From: Microcaecilia unicolor
Lineage: Eukaryota
Reading direction: 5' to 3'
NCBI RefSeq assembly: GCF_901765095.1
Contig: NC_044044.1
Span: forward strand, 26,760,132 to 26,824,131
DNA length: 64,000 nucleotides
Shown here: positions 11,290 through 24,300 of the stretch, piece after piece
Layout: each line of letters begins with the position of its first letter
Numbering within the stretch: the first letter of the stretch is position 1
The notes under the pieces: generated by a model
Databases searched by the model: none
What the model saw: only the letters and a program-made list of their open reading frames with translations
What the model was told of the DNA's origin: nothing
Program-made: the position numbers and the translations under genes

Positions 11290-12080
11290 ATGTCCTCTAC
11301 TTTGAAGTTGTAAAAATCCAGTAAGAACCTTTCCCTGTCCATGGAGGGCTCACAATCTAAAGTTTGTACCTGAGGTAATGGAGGGTTAAGTGACTTGCCC
11401 AAGATCACAAGGAGCAGCAGAGGGATTGGAAACTGGCCACCTCCATTCAAATCCCGCCGCTGCTCCTTGTGATCTTGGGCAAGTCACTTAACCCTCCATT
11501 GCCTTAGGTACAAACTTAGATTGTGAGCCCTCCTGGGACAGAGAAATATCCAGAGTACCTGAATGTAACTCACCTTGAGCTACTACTGAAAAAGGTGTGA
11601 GCAAAATCTAAAATAAATAAGATTCTGGAATCTTAAAGAGTGACAAGATTCCATCTAGAATCTCAAAGAGTAGTGACATTCCATGTAGAACCCCAAAGAA
11701 TAGCAAGATTCCGGAGTGGAGGAGTGGCCTAGTGGTTAGAGCACTGGTCAGTTCAAATCCCACTGCTGCTCCTTGTGATCTTGGGCAAGTCACTTAACCC
11801 TCCATTGCCTCAGGTACAAACTTAGATTGTGAGCTCTCCTGGGTCAGAGAAATATCCAGAGTACCTGAATGTAACTCACCTTGAGCAAAGGTGTGAGCAA
11901 AATCTAAAATAAATAAGATTCTGGAATCTTAAAGAGTGACAAGATTCCATCTAGAATCTCAAAGAGTAGTGACATTCCATGTAGAACCCCAAAGAATAGC
12001 AAGATTCCGGAGTGGAGGAGTGGCCTAGTGGTTAGAGCACTGGTCAGTTCAAATCCCACTGCTGCTCCTTGCAGGTACAA
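11290..12080. mobile_element. SINE-rich block: an inverted pair of SINE bodies (11290-11540) followed by a tandem duplication of about 300 bp (11590-11890 and 11890-12080), each unit carrying satellite-like tail repeats plus a SINE head
   Basis: ggagggttaagtgacttgcccaagatcacaaggagcagc (minus orientation) abuts ctgctccttgtgatcttgggcaagtcacttaaccctcc (plus orientation). The unit gcaaaatctaaaataaataagattctggaatcttaaagag...ggagtggcctagtggttagagcactggtcagttcaaatccc is repeated. Confidence 0.75.
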
Positions 12081-12689
12081 ACTGGATGAAAAGAACAGTG
12101 CTCAAATGTTCTAATTGTTAGTGTCAGGGATTTTGATTATATATGCAATATTGTAATCCACTGGGATCCGTGGACTTTGCAGAAAATAAATATATATTAA
12201 AAAAAAAAAAAACTTTCCAAAAAGGAAAGAGGGGGGGTTACTTGTTATTTACTACAGAAGAATTGGTGGTGCCTGGGAGGAGAAGGGGGAATGTCCCTGT
12301 TCCAGTATCACAATGCTACTGTTGTCTAGTCAAACTCTTTCCTTCCCCCCCCCCCCCCCCCATGGAAAGTTCAACCCTTTATTTAACACTCTGCAAATAC
12401 TAAGCACATTGGTAGAGCCAATGGGCACTGAAATCCTTACAATGGGACACCTGATAAGATCAACCTGAGTCAAGCCAGTTCATTCCAGCTCTGGAGGCCA
12501 ACCTGTTTAAAAAAAAAAAAAAAAGAAATTCTCCCCTTACCCCGTCCAGAATCCTCCAGCATTTCTGCTTTGATCCATCACTTTATCCCTTCAGATTGTT
12601 CACTTTTCAAACATATATTATGGGATAAACATAAAGGAATCCTGTGCAGAAGGAATGGATCCTCTGAAGCTTAGCCGAGATTGGGAGGC

Positions 12690-13300
12690 GGGGTTGGTGT
12701 TTGGGTGGTGGGGCTAGTTCTGGGCAAGACTTCTAGGTCTGTGTCCTGAAAATGGGGCTGGTTCTGGGCAAGACTTCTACGGTCTGTGTCCTGAAAATGG
12801 CAGATACAAATCAAGGTAAGGTATACACAAGAAGTAGCACATATGACTTTATCTTGTTGGGCAGACTAGATGGACCGTGCAGGTCTTTTTCTGCCGTCAT
12901 CTACTACGTTACTATGTTATATTGTATTGGCAGTACTTTGTCCGGTGGTGCGGAGGGCTACCCTGATCCTTAAACTTTTAGATGGGAGGCGGGGCTGGTG
13001 TTTGGGTGGTGGGGCTAGTTCTGGGCAAGACCTCTGCGGTCTGTGTCCTGAAAATGGGGCTAGTTCCGGGCAAGACTTCTGCGGTCTGTGTCCTGAAAAT
13101 GGGGCTAGTTCTGGGCAAGACCTCTGCGGTCTGTGTCCTGAAAATGGGGCTAGTTCCGGGCAAGACTTCTGCGGTCTGTGTCCTGAAAATGGGGCTAGTT
13201 CCGGGCAAGACTTCTGCGGTCTGTGTCCTGAAAATGGGGCTAGTTCCGGGCAAGACTTCTACGGTCTGTGTCCTGAAAATGGCAGATACAAATCAAGGTA
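12690..13300. repeat. 45-bp tandem array (aatggggctagttccgggcaagacttctgcggtctgtgtcctgaa), about 9 copies, expanded from the flank of a high-copy interspersed element
   Basis: Direct repeats visible at 12700-13290. The unit is homologous to the terminal region of the gtagatgacggcag element copies at 12780-12960 and 42890-42960. Confidence 0.8.
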
Positions 13301-13779
13301 AGGTATACACAAGAAGTAGCACATATGACTTTATCTTGTTGGGCAGACTAGATGGACCGTGCAGGTCTTTTTTTTCTGCCGTCATCTACTATGTTACTAT
13401 GAGGCATATTTTCAAAGCACTTTGGGAGGCTAAGTTCCATAGGTTTCTATGGAACTTTGGGAGGCTAAGTGCTTTGAAAATGAGCCTCCAAGTCTTCCTC
13501 ACAATGAAATTGGCCTAACATTGTTTAGCATTGTAGTCGAATATTATCTCTGTAGAATAGTGACCCCCCCTCCCCCCCCCCCCCCCCCCAACCACTGATC
13601 TCTCCAGTGAACTTCCTTTAGCTGTTCTCTGACATATGGGTCTCAGATGCTGTAGAAGGGGGACACTTACACTCCCTTCCTTCCTAATCCACCACAAAAT
13701 TTAGGAGTCACCCCGTATGTGATTGGCAATCAGACGCAGTCTGGATCTAAGACTGCGGGTTTAGAAGCAGCTTCACTGA

Positions 13780-13935
13780 GAGCGAATGGTTGTAGCCTAA
13801 TGGTTAGTGCAGCAGCTGGAGAATCAGGAGAATTGGGTTTAATTCCCACTGCAGCTCCTTGTGACTCTCTGGGTAAGTCACTTAACCCTCTGTTGCCCCT
13901 GGTACAAAATAAGCACCTGTATGGAATATGTAAAC
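13780..13935 (+). mobile_element. tRNA-derived SINE copy
   Basis: ggttgtagcctaatggttagtgcagcagctggagaatcagg...ttaattcccactgcagctccttgtgactctctgggtaagtcacttaaccctctgttgcccctggtacaaaataagcacctgtatgg. Confidence 0.75.
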
Positions 13936-15729
13936 CACAGAAAGGCAGTATATCAAGTCCCAGCCCAATGTTCCTTCTGGATGTTGCCCCTGCCGTCCAA
14001 AAGGCTAGGCTAAGGACTGAGAGAGAAAACCCACGCTGAAAGAATTTTCCCAGCACTTTCTAGCATCTGAATGATTTAGCTCCAACAAATGAAGTCAAAT
14101 ACAGTCATTCTGATTATTCAGAGAACCCAAGGAATACAGCACAAACTACTGAAGAGCAGATCTTTATCAGAGCCCTCCATGCAAGTGTCACGCTGATTTG
14201 TGCAAAGCACGAATACAGCACAGACAGATCTTCAACTGGGCTCCATTCCTCATCTGTTTGTGCTGAATGATAGGTACGGGCAGTGTTCTTTCCTCTCCTG
14301 TGGTCTCTCTTCAGTTGTTTGTACTGTATTCGTGTAGGGTTCATTTAGCCGTTGTTGCTACCATGTACTTATAGCAATCAGAATAATAACAGTCCCTTAT
14401 AAACATTGGGGGGGGGGGGGGGGAGAGATTGACCCTGCAACTCTTGTCTGGTCCTTCGGCACATAACCATCAGGATATCTAGACTGCCCCAACTTGACAT
14501 TTCGTCCTTTAGATTGTAAGCTCCGTCGAGCAGGGACTATCCTTCTTTGTTAAACTGTACAGCGCCGCGTAACCCTAGTAGCGCTCTAGAAATGTTAAGT
14601 AGTAGTAGTAGTATTACATATAGCAGTGATTTAACCAGAGCTGAGATTGTGATGTCATAATGCCTCAATCCACCAATGCCTAAGAGCCAACCTCATCAGT
14701 GATGTCACAATGGCTTGGCTTACTATTATTACATATAGCAGTGATTTAACCAGCTGAGATTGTGATGTCATAATGCCTCATTCCACCAATGCCTAATAGC
14801 CAACCTCATCAGTGATGTCACAATGGCTTGATTGGCCTATATTTGTCTCACTCTTATCTATTAAAGGGCCCTAAATGATGATCGTGGAAAGGGCTCCAGA
14901 TCAGGGGTTGCACTTCCAGAAGATCCAGAAGCAACTGTGACTGTCTCCACCCCCAGCCCCTTTAGGCAAAATTTGTGCCCCTATCCCAGGGCATTGTTGA
15001 ACATGGGGGTAGGGGGGGGGGTTGATCTTCTGCCAATAAACTGAGTCCCAAATGCATGATCCCTACACCGTATTCAGCTGGAATTTCTTTGATTATAGAA
15101 TGAACACAGGACTGGGATGGCGAGGGGGGGGGGGCTACAGAAATCAGGGTCATTAGCAGGGGCGTAGCCAGACAACAGATTCTGAGTGGGCCTAGGCAAG
15201 AAGTGGGTGGGCACCAAGTGTTCTTCACCACCACCCCACCACCAAAAAAATATCTCAGCTGACGAGAAAACGCTTCTTTCCACCTTGGCTTACCATGAAA
15301 GGGAAGCCTTCAGCTGATAGAGCTTGGGATCTCCACCAGCTACCACTAAATGTGTGCTACTGTTGGGTGGGCCTGAACCCAGGGCCCACCCAGGCCCACC
15401 TGTGGCTACGCCACTGAAAGCGATCAGCCCGTGGCAGGATGTATTACAGGAACACTCAGCCCTGCTTCGCGGTCCTGTTGCAACAAGGGTTTCGGCTGTA
15501 GATTTAAGGATACCTTATTGTTTATCCACTCCTACCCTAGCTGAGATAATATTTAATCACCTCTCTGACCTCATGTGCAACTCCGTATTTTCTAATTCCT
15601 CTTACTCTCTTACCTATCTATATTTTCCATCTTTGCTTATACCCTATGCTGTCTATTAAAACGTTTTATTACGTATTGTGTTGAATAGTATAATATGCCA
15701 TACTTTGTATTGTTATTTGAATATTTTTA

Positions 15730-16060
15730 CTACTACTACTACTACTATTTAGCATTTCTATAGTGCTACAAGGCGTACGCAGCGCTGCACAAACATAGAA
15801 GAAAGACAGTCCCTGCTCAAAGAGCTTACAATCTAATAGACAAAAAATAAAGTAAGCAAATCAAATTAATTAATGTGTACGGGAAAGGAAGAGAGGAGGG
15901 TAGGTGGAGGCGAGTGGTTACAAGTGGTTACGAGTCAAAAGCAATGTTAAAGAGGTGGGCTTTCAGTCTAGATTTAAAGGTGGCCAAGGATGGGGCAAGA
16001 CGTAGGGGCTCAGGAAGTTTATTCCAGGCGTAGGGTGCAGCGAGACAGAAGGCATTTTTA
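15730..16060. mobile_element. Second copy of the tactactac / tatagcgctacaaggcgtacgcagcgctgcacaaacatag interspersed repeat
   Basis: Sequence identity with 9030-9330. Confidence 0.7.
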
Positions 16061-17599
16061 CTGCTGTAATTGTCTATTGCTTATGTTTGATGTATTCTTA
16101 CTGTACAACGCCTTGAGTGAAATCCTTCAAAAAGGCGGTAAATAAATCCTAATAAATACTGGAATGGGTAGAGGGGATGTGATAGGAAAGATTTGGCCCT
16201 TGAAAAAGGAGATGTACACTGTTAGGAAGACCCCCTCCCTCTTTTTCCATGTGTTCTCATGCAGAAAACAATTTCATGGGAAAGGGGAGATTGAGGGACA
16301 TGGCTGCTCTTACCTCTCTGCTCAGGAAGGATTTTATCCTTGACTTAAACCCGAGCATCTCGGATTTCCACAGCAGATTGACAGGAGGCACATTGTAGGG
16401 TCCCCTGTCCTCACTCTGGCATCAGGGTCTCCGCTAACAAATGTCTGAACGGAGTGCTCTGTTTTGGGTCACCCCTGTTGCACTGCTTAGTTCAAACAGT
16501 GATGCGAATAGGGCACAAACAAGTGAAGGATTAGGGGCCCCTGCCTGCCATCTGTTACCTCTGCAGGGGCCCATCTTTGTCCTTTTTGGGGGGGCTCTGG
16601 GATGCTGCCTGGCTCTTGATAATTGCGGTTTTCAGATACCCCCAGATGCACAGACTATGACAGTGCGTAAAGACCTCCCAGTCCTGGCCCATTTTTCCCT
16701 TCTTTTCTCTGGGAATGTGAATACAGCACAAATAGCTGAAGAGGGATCCCTGGAGAGAGAGAGAGGGTGGGAAGGGCAGAATTTGTCCTTTATGCTCTAA
16801 AAACTATTACATATATAGGAATAAAGAAAAAACATAATTAAGAAAGTAGAACAAGGAATGGGATCCAATGGAGATGTGAAAGAGCCCAGGAATGAGCAAG
16901 GATCATATTATATATTTATTTATCCATTCATAAGTACATAAGTATTGCCATACTGGGAAAGACCAAAAGTCCATCAAGCCCAGCATCCTGTTTCCAACAG
17001 TGGCCAATCCAGGTCACAAATACCTGGCAAGATCCCCAAAAAGTACAAAACATTCTATACTGCTTATCCCAGAAATAGTAGATTTTCACCATACTGGGTC
17101 AGAACAATGGTCCATCTATATCAGTATCCTGTTTCCAACAGTGGCAAATCCAGGTCACAGGTACCTGACAGAATTCCAAATAGTAGCAACGTTCCATGCT
17201 ACCAGTCCCAGGGCAAGCTTGGCTTTCCCATGTCTGTCTCAATAGCAGACTTATAGACTTTTCCTCTAGGAACTTGTCCAAAACTTTTTTTTAAACCCAG
17301 ATACACTAACCACTGTTACCACACCCTCCCCCCTTCCAGTCCCACAATCCCTCCATAAAGAGGCAATATTCCCCCTTTCTACTATGGAAGTGCCACAAGG
17401 CTGCTTCTATCAGCAGTAGGGTGGAATGGGGGATCTTGCCTCACCTGTCCATTGTGGGCTGGTATCTTCCCCTTTTTATGTACAATCTGGTCATTGCTAG
17501 GCTAGCTATGAAATATTTAGGAATACCAGCTACAACTGTCCCTTGTGAGTGTTTTCCTATCAGGACACTTAGAGGGGCATTTTAGATATGACTTTTTAA

Positions 17600-17825
17600 G
17601 TCTGACTTTAGATGGTTTGCCCTAGTGGTTAGGGTGGTGGACTTTGGTCCTGAGGAACTGAGTTCAATTCCCACTTCAGGCACAGGCAGGTCCTTGTAAC
17701 TCTGGGCAAGTCACTTAACCCTCCATTGCCCCAGGTACAAATAAGTACCTGTATACAATATGTAAGCCGCATTTTGTCCATTTCTGAAAAAGCAAAACAT
17801 CTTTTTTTTTTTTTTTTTTGAAAAT
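17600..17825 (+). mobile_element. tRNA-derived SINE copy with a poly-T tail
   Basis: ccctagtggttagggtggtggactttggtcctgaggaactgagttcaattcccacttcagg...gggcaagtcacttaaccctccattgccccaggtacaaataagtacctgtatacaatatgtaagccgcatt followed by T(22). Confidence 0.75.
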
Positions 17826-19239
17826 ACCATATGTAATATGTTTTTATGCTCTGTGTTATTACCTTTTTGGTCATAGAGGCTGGTAACTAATATTTTCAAT
17901 CACATTGTTTAGGGGTGGGAGGGGGTCAGCGATCACCGGAGCAGCGAGGGGGAGTCATCCCTAATTCAATTCAGTGGTAATTTAGGGCACCTTTTTGTGC
18001 CTTATTTGTTCTAAAAATAGGTCTAGACCAAAACATTAAAGTTTCATCCCTAGATGAAACTTTTCATTTTGTTTCATTATGGCTATAAAACATCCAAGTG
18101 TTAGGTATGCCCTAATCTTACCCTCATCCCACCTCCAAAATGCCCCCGACATGCCCCCTTCATTCATTCATAATTGTCTCAAAATAACCACTTGCTGCAG
18201 AAACATTGGGAAGGTTTGGAATCGAAAATCAAAACTTCAAAGCAACAAAATGCAATGCACCAAAAGGAAATATCCCATCTCCTCCCGGATTAGACTATAA
18301 ACATTATGGAAAGGACATAATTAGTGAAGTTACCAACAAGAAAACAGTAATAGCGAGGATGCAACCCAGCTTCATTACCCATCACCCTTAACCAGGGCTT
18401 TTCTTGAGGGGGTACTTGGGGGTACTGAGTACCGGCACCTTTTCCGTTGTCTGCTAAAATTGACCCATGGACCCCAAGTTTTAATGAAAGAGCTCAGGCT
18501 CTACACACCAATTCTGCCTTGTCATAGATTCTGTGACTGGTTGCAGGGGGCCTGGCTTTTGTGGGGTGGGTCCCTCAGTGATCACCCCACCCCTGAAGGG
18601 TGGTCTGGCATTTGAGTACCGGCACCTTTTTGCTAAAAAAAAAAAAAAATGCACTGCTCTTAACTAAACTCCTTAGGGAAGCAGGTAAACCAGACTCTTT
18701 TCGAATCTAAAAAAGACAAGGAATTATAAAGAGGCATTTAACACCCAGGAAAGAAATAGTTTGCGTCTTTCCTGTGTTGCTCATGCAATATCTAGATATA
18801 TCCATACATTCTTTCTCCTAGACATTTGAGTATTTGTTTCCAGGGTTCATCGCTGGAGGTTGATATTTTCTTAGGGATATACGGCCACTGCTGCTTTTAT
18901 GGACTAACAATCAGAGTTCCTTCTCCCTGCCCCCTGTGTCTTTGGATAGGGGGAAGAGGGTCCCTGGCACTGTCCCCCCTCCCCCTCCTGGGAGATTTTG
19001 TTTAATTAAGGCTGCTTGCCAGGGGTTAATTCTCCTCTGGACTGGTCTCAGCTGCCAGGGCTGTGGATTAACCCAGGAGGTGGCCTGTACCTGGGGACCA
19101 CCTGCTAGTTAGCCACACCCTCACTTTCTGCTTGCCTTAGGAGATCTCCTCTGTCTGTTTTTAACTATCACTTCAGTTTTTCTTCCTCTGGCATCTCTCA
19201 CTTCTTATAAACCTATATAAATGGAAGCACCACGTAAAT

Positions 19240-20510
19240 ACCCCAAGTCTAACAAATCAACTCGTACAACTCCTTAGGCTCAAACAAATAATATTTTTTT
19301 AAAATTTTCTCTTAATGCAATTTTAAAACAATTCTACACAAAAAAGTTGTGTATATCAAAATGTGCTCAGTCCGTGCCTGGTGCAACCATTATATCCCCA
19401 GGGAGAATATGTGGTCATCATGTCACAGTTGGAAAAGCATCACTGCACATTCAATGTTCCGCCTCCTTAAATGTATGTACATACACCCAGACCAGATATA
19501 AGGCCTTCACCATATATGAGATAGTATAATAAATTTAAATTAGCACATTTTTGACAAAACATTGCCCAACCTTCTTAGACCCTACTAGCTCACTCCTGCA
19601 CTAAATATATGAAGGTACATGCATACTCACTGATATAACTATCCCCACAAACAAAACAACCAAATCTGTCCAAAAAAATGCACAGCAAATATTATTATAA
19701 TCACTTCCCATAACATAGTAACATAGTAGATGACGGCAGAAAAAGACCGGCATGGTCCATCCAGTCTGCCCAACAAGGTAAACTCACATGTGCAACTTTT
19801 TGTGTATACCTTACCTTGATTTGTACCTGTCCTTTTCAGGGCACAGACCGTGTAAGTCTGCCCAGCACTATCCCTGTCTCCCAACCACCAGTCCCGCCTC
19901 CCACCACCGGCTCTGGCACAGACCGTATAAGTCTGCCCAGCACTATCCCCGCCTCCCACCACCGGCTCTGGCACAGACCGTATAAGTCTGCCCAACACTA
20001 TCCCCGCCTCCCACCACCGGCTCTGCCACCCAATCTCGGCTAAGCTCCTTAGGATCCATTCCTTCTGAGCAGGATTCCTTTATGCTTAAGGATATCTCGT
20101 GCTCTTGTTGGTGCTCAAAACATACTCATACATTCATCCATGCTTTCTCTCAATTTCAGTACTTTGTTCCCTTTAACTCTGGCCGAGTTTCACACATCTT
20201 CATCAGAAAGGGAAACTATAAACAAAGAAATTCAGTAGGGAGATAGACCCTATCAAATCAATTGTTAACCTCTTTAAAGGGTACTTACTCATAACAAAAC
20301 CATTATAATCCTATAAGGGTCAACTGTGACATGATGGCCACATATTCTCCCTGGGGATATAATGGTTGCACCAGGCACGGACTGAGCACATTTTGATATA
20401 CAAAAATTTTTTGTGTAGAATTGTTTTAAAATTGCATTAAGAGAAAATTTAAAAAAAAATTATTTGTGTGAGCCTAAGGAGTTGTACGAGTTGATCTCTC
20501 ACTTCTTGCC
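19240..20510. mobile_element. Element flanked by roughly 200-bp terminal inverted repeats (19241-19437 and 20321-20507), possible DNA-transposon or foldback remnant
   Basis: The right arm is the reverse complement of the left arm (..aaatcaactcgtacaactccttaggctcaaacaaataat...gtgtatatcaaaatgtgctcagtccgtgcctggtgcaaccattatatccccagggagaatatgtggtcatcatgtcacagttg). The internal region carries an unrelated interspersed repeat. Confidence 0.65.
19840..20035. repeat. Roughly 60-bp tandem triplication (ggcacagaccgtataagtctgcccagcactatccccgcctcccaccaccggctct) inside an interspersed element copy
   Basis: Three near-identical direct copies at 19850-20030. Confidence 0.75.
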
Positions 20511-21399
20511 TGTTTCAGTTTCATCTCAGTGGGAAGGAAAGCTAGTGTGGTCTGTGGTTCTGCAGCAGGAAGGGCTGGAGTGTAAATTTTAAGGGGCTTC
20601 AACATTAGCTTCAGAACTTTTAGTACAAGAACAGTGCTGGGCAGACTTCTACGGTCTATGCCCTGATCGTGACTGAATAGATAGGGATGGGCTGGAGTGT
20701 GAATTTTAAGGGGCTTCAACGTTAGCTCCAGAAGTTAGTACAAGAACAGTACTGGGCAGGCTTGTATGGTCTGTGCCCTGAGATAGGCAAGGACAAATTA
20801 AACTCAGGTATACATATAAAGTATCACGTACCATGTAAAATGAGTTTATCTTGTTGGGCAGACTAGATGGACCATTCAGGTCTTTATCTGCCATCATCTA
20901 CTATGTTACTATGTAAGGGTGCTTGAACAGAGACTGGAAGGGCCTGAGTGGAGCAGGTGAAGGGGAGGAGGGAGCCCGGGGGGGGGGGGGGGGAGCCCAG
21001 ATTTTCCATTTCTGTATGCTTCTGACTGATAAGAACCAAGAGAAGGCAGCAGAAAGAGAAATCCCTGACATAAACCCACTCATTCCACCATCTCCCATCT
21101 CGCTTAACAAATGCACACACTTCATCCCTGTCCCCCTCCCCGCTTCCAAGATTAACTCCCTCCACCCTGCACCCCCATCCTGTTCTACCTAAAGTATTTC
21201 TTTAGTCAACCCAATAAAGCTCGGACAGCTAATGAAATCATGGGGGTGGGGGCGGGGGATGTAGTTTTGAAGATGATCCCTTCACACCTTTCCTGATGTC
21301 ATTAAGTGCTGTTGGAGGGGCTGCTGAGTTTGGAAGGAGGCAGAGAGCAGCTATTGTCTTTCATTTGCCCACCCCAGGTATATAAGGAGGGTGCAAAAC

Positions 21400-21830
21400 C
21401 TCAGAGCATTTACTAGAAGGGAGAAGGGACAGGGAAAGGGTCAGAGGGATAAGGAAGGTGAAAGGGAGACATTTAGGAAGGGAAGAGGGGGTAGAGATGG
21501 GAAGATAGAGGGTGAGAGATAAAAGAAAGGGAAAAGGAAAAGGGAGAGACAGAGAGGAAAGGGGAAAAGAGAAAGGAGGTGAGACCAGAAAAAGGAAGGA
21601 AGAGACAAAAGGGGATAGAGAGACAAGGGAAGACAGAGAGGAGGTAAAAGACAAGAGCATAAAAGGGAAAGAAAACAGGAAACAGAGACAGAGAGGAAAG
21701 GGGAAAGAGAAAAAGAGATAGACAAAGAGAAGGGAAGAGAGGAAGGGAGAAACGGGAGGTGCACGAAAGAGGAGAGAAGCAGAAAAAACAAGAAATACCG
21801 AGAAAGGGGGGAGAGAGATTTTGATGTGGG
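21400..21830 (+). repeat. Purine-rich (GA/AG) low-complexity tract of about 430 bp
   Basis: Plus-strand runs such as gggagaagggacagggaaagg and gaaaagggagagacagagaggaaagg. The ORFs 21361-21863 (minus) and 21512-21721 (plus) are composition artefacts. Confidence 0.85.
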
Positions 21831-22559
21831 GTTGATTTTGTTGCATAATATTCCGCTTTCCACCCTACAGCACCAAGGCAGTTACAAACATAACCTCACA
21901 ACGATACATTTAATACATAATCAGGAAAATCAAAGACAACAAAGAAAAAAGGAGAAAAACAGAAAAGGGAAAAAGAGACGGGAACAGTGAGTGATTGACC
22001 CAAAACCTTTGGCCTTCTCCGACCCAGGACCTGCAGGTAGGTGAGTGTGACCAAGGGGAGGGATGAAATGTGGCCAGTAAAAAGTGGCTATTGAGCCTCA
22101 GGTCACCCAAACAGGCTGAGTCAGTCCTGGATTTCCCCCCTAGTGCATGCTGAGACATGTAGTGCGTTTCTTAATTAATGATAGCACTAGGCTTCTCACT
22201 CAGCCCTTGGCTGTAATCTGCTACTGGAGCAAGTTTTACCTTATTTTCTAACTCCTCTTACTCTCTTACCTAGCTCTATGTCCCATCTAGTCTTATACCC
22301 TACACTGTCTATTAAAATGTTCTATTACGTATTGTGTTGACATTGTAAGTAGTAACTAACGCCAGGCTTTGTATTATTGGAATATTTTTACTGCTGTAAT
22401 TGTCTATTGCTCATGTTTGATCTATTCTTGCTGTACACCGCCTTGAGTGAATACATCCTAATAAATAAATACAAGGAAAGGAAATAACAGAGGGGGAAAA
22501 TGTTTCTGCTTTCCATTTACCTAGAAGGTCTCACCTTTTCAATTCACTTGGCTTCTGTT

Positions 22560-23300
22560 GTACTGTAGTTTCCCATTTAAAGAGCTCTTCCTGTCGTCAC
22601 CCCTGCCAAATCCCCACTCCCTCCATGTACAAGGTTTTTGTATCTCTGGTTATTGCCCCTGCTTTTCCCCTCCTGCCCCCTCTCTCCCCCCAGCAGTTCC
22701 TGTGTCTCTGGTTATTGCTTCTGCATTTTTCCCTCCTGCTCATCTCTCTCCCTCAATAGTTCCTGTATCTCTGGTTATTGCCCCTGCTTTTCCCCTCCTG
22801 CCCCCTCTCTCCCCCCAGCAGTTCATGTGTCTCCAGTTATTGCCCCTGCTTTCTCTTTTCTGCCCTCCTCTGTCTCCTCAGTGGTTAGGTTTGTATGTCT
22901 CTGGTTATGGCTTCTGCCCTCCTCTGTCTCATCTCTACAATGTACAATTCGTGTATTTCCCCCTCTATCTCTGCTGGCAATTCTGCAGTTCCTGTATCTC
23001 TGCTAATTGCCCTTGCTTTCTCTTCTCTGCCCACTCTCTCTCCCCTCAGCCGTTCAGTTTGTGTGTCTCTGGTTACTGCTCCTGTGTTTTTCCATCCTGC
23101 CCTCCTCTATCTGATCTCTGCAGTTCCTGTACTTTCCGCTCCTGCCCCCCCCCCCCCACTTTCTCCCTAAATGGTTCCTGTATCTCTGGTTATTGTCCCT
23201 GCTTTCCCTTCCCTGCACCTCTTTTTCCTCTCAGTAATTACTGTCTTTTATTGTCCCTGCTTGTTCCCTCCTGCCCTCCCCCCCCCCACCCCACCTCAAA
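22560..23300 (+). repeat. Pyrimidine-rich minisatellite, roughly 60-bp unit (ctctctcccccagcagttcctgtgtctctggttattgcccctgctttcccctcctgccccct), at least 10 copies
   Basis: Periodic recurrence of ttcctgtatctctggttattgcccctgctttc; the ORFs 22558-23337 and 22638-23170 are artefacts. Confidence 0.85.
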
Positions 23301-23319
23301 CAGTACCTCTGTGCCAAAC

Positions 23320-24300
23320 AGTGGAACAATAGCCTAGTGGTTAGTGCAGTGGACTTTGATCCTGGGGAACTGAGTTCGATTCCCACTGCAGCTCCTTGTG
23401 ACTCTGGGCAAGTCACTTAACCCTCCATTGCCCCTGGTACAAAATAAGTACCTGAATATATGTAAACCGCTTTGAATGTACTTGCAAAAACCACAGAAAG
23501 GCGGTGTATCAAGTCCCATTTCCCTATTTCAGATTCTACATGGATTGTTGCTAGTGGAGGAGGAGTCTAGTGGTTAGTGCTTTGGACTTTGATCCTGGGA
23601 AACTGGGTTCAATTTCCACTGCAGCTCCTTGTGACTCAGGGCAAGTACCTGAATATATGTAAACCGCTTTGAATGTAGCTGCAAAAACCTCAGAAAGGCA
23701 GTATATCAAGTCCCATTTCCCTTTCCCCCTTTCCCTTATGACATCACAATATCAGAAGTGAGCCGAGTATCGGGCAATCAAGCCATTGTGACATCACTGA
23801 TGAGGTTGGCTCTTATTGGTGGAATGAGTGGAGGAGTAGCCTAGTGGTTAGTGCACTGGACTTTGATCCTGGGTAACTGGGTTCAACTCCCACTGCAGCT
23901 CCTTGTGACTCTGGGCAAGTCACTTAACCCTCCATTGCCCCTGGTACAAAATAAGTACCTGAATATATGTAAACCGCTTTGAATGTAGTTGCAAAAAAAC
24001 TCAGGCAGTATATCAAGTCCCAATTCCCTTTCCCTATTTGAGATTCTATATGGAATGTTGCTAGTGGAAGAGTAGCCTAGTGCTTAGTGCAGCAGACCTT
24101 GATCCTAGGGAACTGGGTTCAATTCCCATTGCAGCTCCTTGTGACTCTGGGCAAGTCACTTAACCCTCCATTGCCCCCCCAGATACAAATAAGTACCTGT
24201 ATATACTATGTAAACCGCTTTGAATGTATTTTTTATTTTCGTTACATTTGTACCCCGCGCTTTCCCACTCATGGCAGGCTCAATGCGGCAGAAAGGCAGT
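23320..24300 (+). mobile_element. Cluster of four same-orientation tRNA-derived SINE copies (about 23325-23520, 23555-23720, 23820-24010, 24065-24300) immediately upstream of the SLC12A3-like start codon
   Basis: Each copy has a tRNA-like head (gcctagtggttagtgcagtggactttgatcctgg...gttcgattcccactgcagctcc) followed by gggcaagtcacttaaccctccattgcccc...gtaaaccgctttgaatgta and sometimes a tail of the cattgtgcagc type. Confidence 0.8.

Noticed and set aside
12870-13518. ORFs 12870-13301, 12982-13518 and 12978-13253 over the 45-bp array
   Set aside because: These frame-preserving tandem repeats derive from a transposable element flank. The peptides are pure repeats.
21361-23337. Long ORFs on both strands over the GA-rich and CT-rich tracts (for example 21361-21846, 22558-23337)
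   Set aside because: Low-complexity homopurine and homopyrimidine sequence lacks stop codons by composition. The peptides are poly-S/L/P/F or poly-K/E/R/G with no domain similarity.
23325-23400. tRNA-like cloverleaf-forming sequences (for example gcctagtggttagtgcagtggactttgatcctggggaactgagttcgattccc) at many sites (9845, 11720, 13790, 17620, 23325, 23560, 23830, 24070)
   Set aside because: They are the heads of a tRNA-derived SINE family, always followed by the same SINE body (gggcaagtcacttaaccctccattgccc...). They lack intact acceptor stems and CCA-adjacent termini, so I did not call them tRNA genes.
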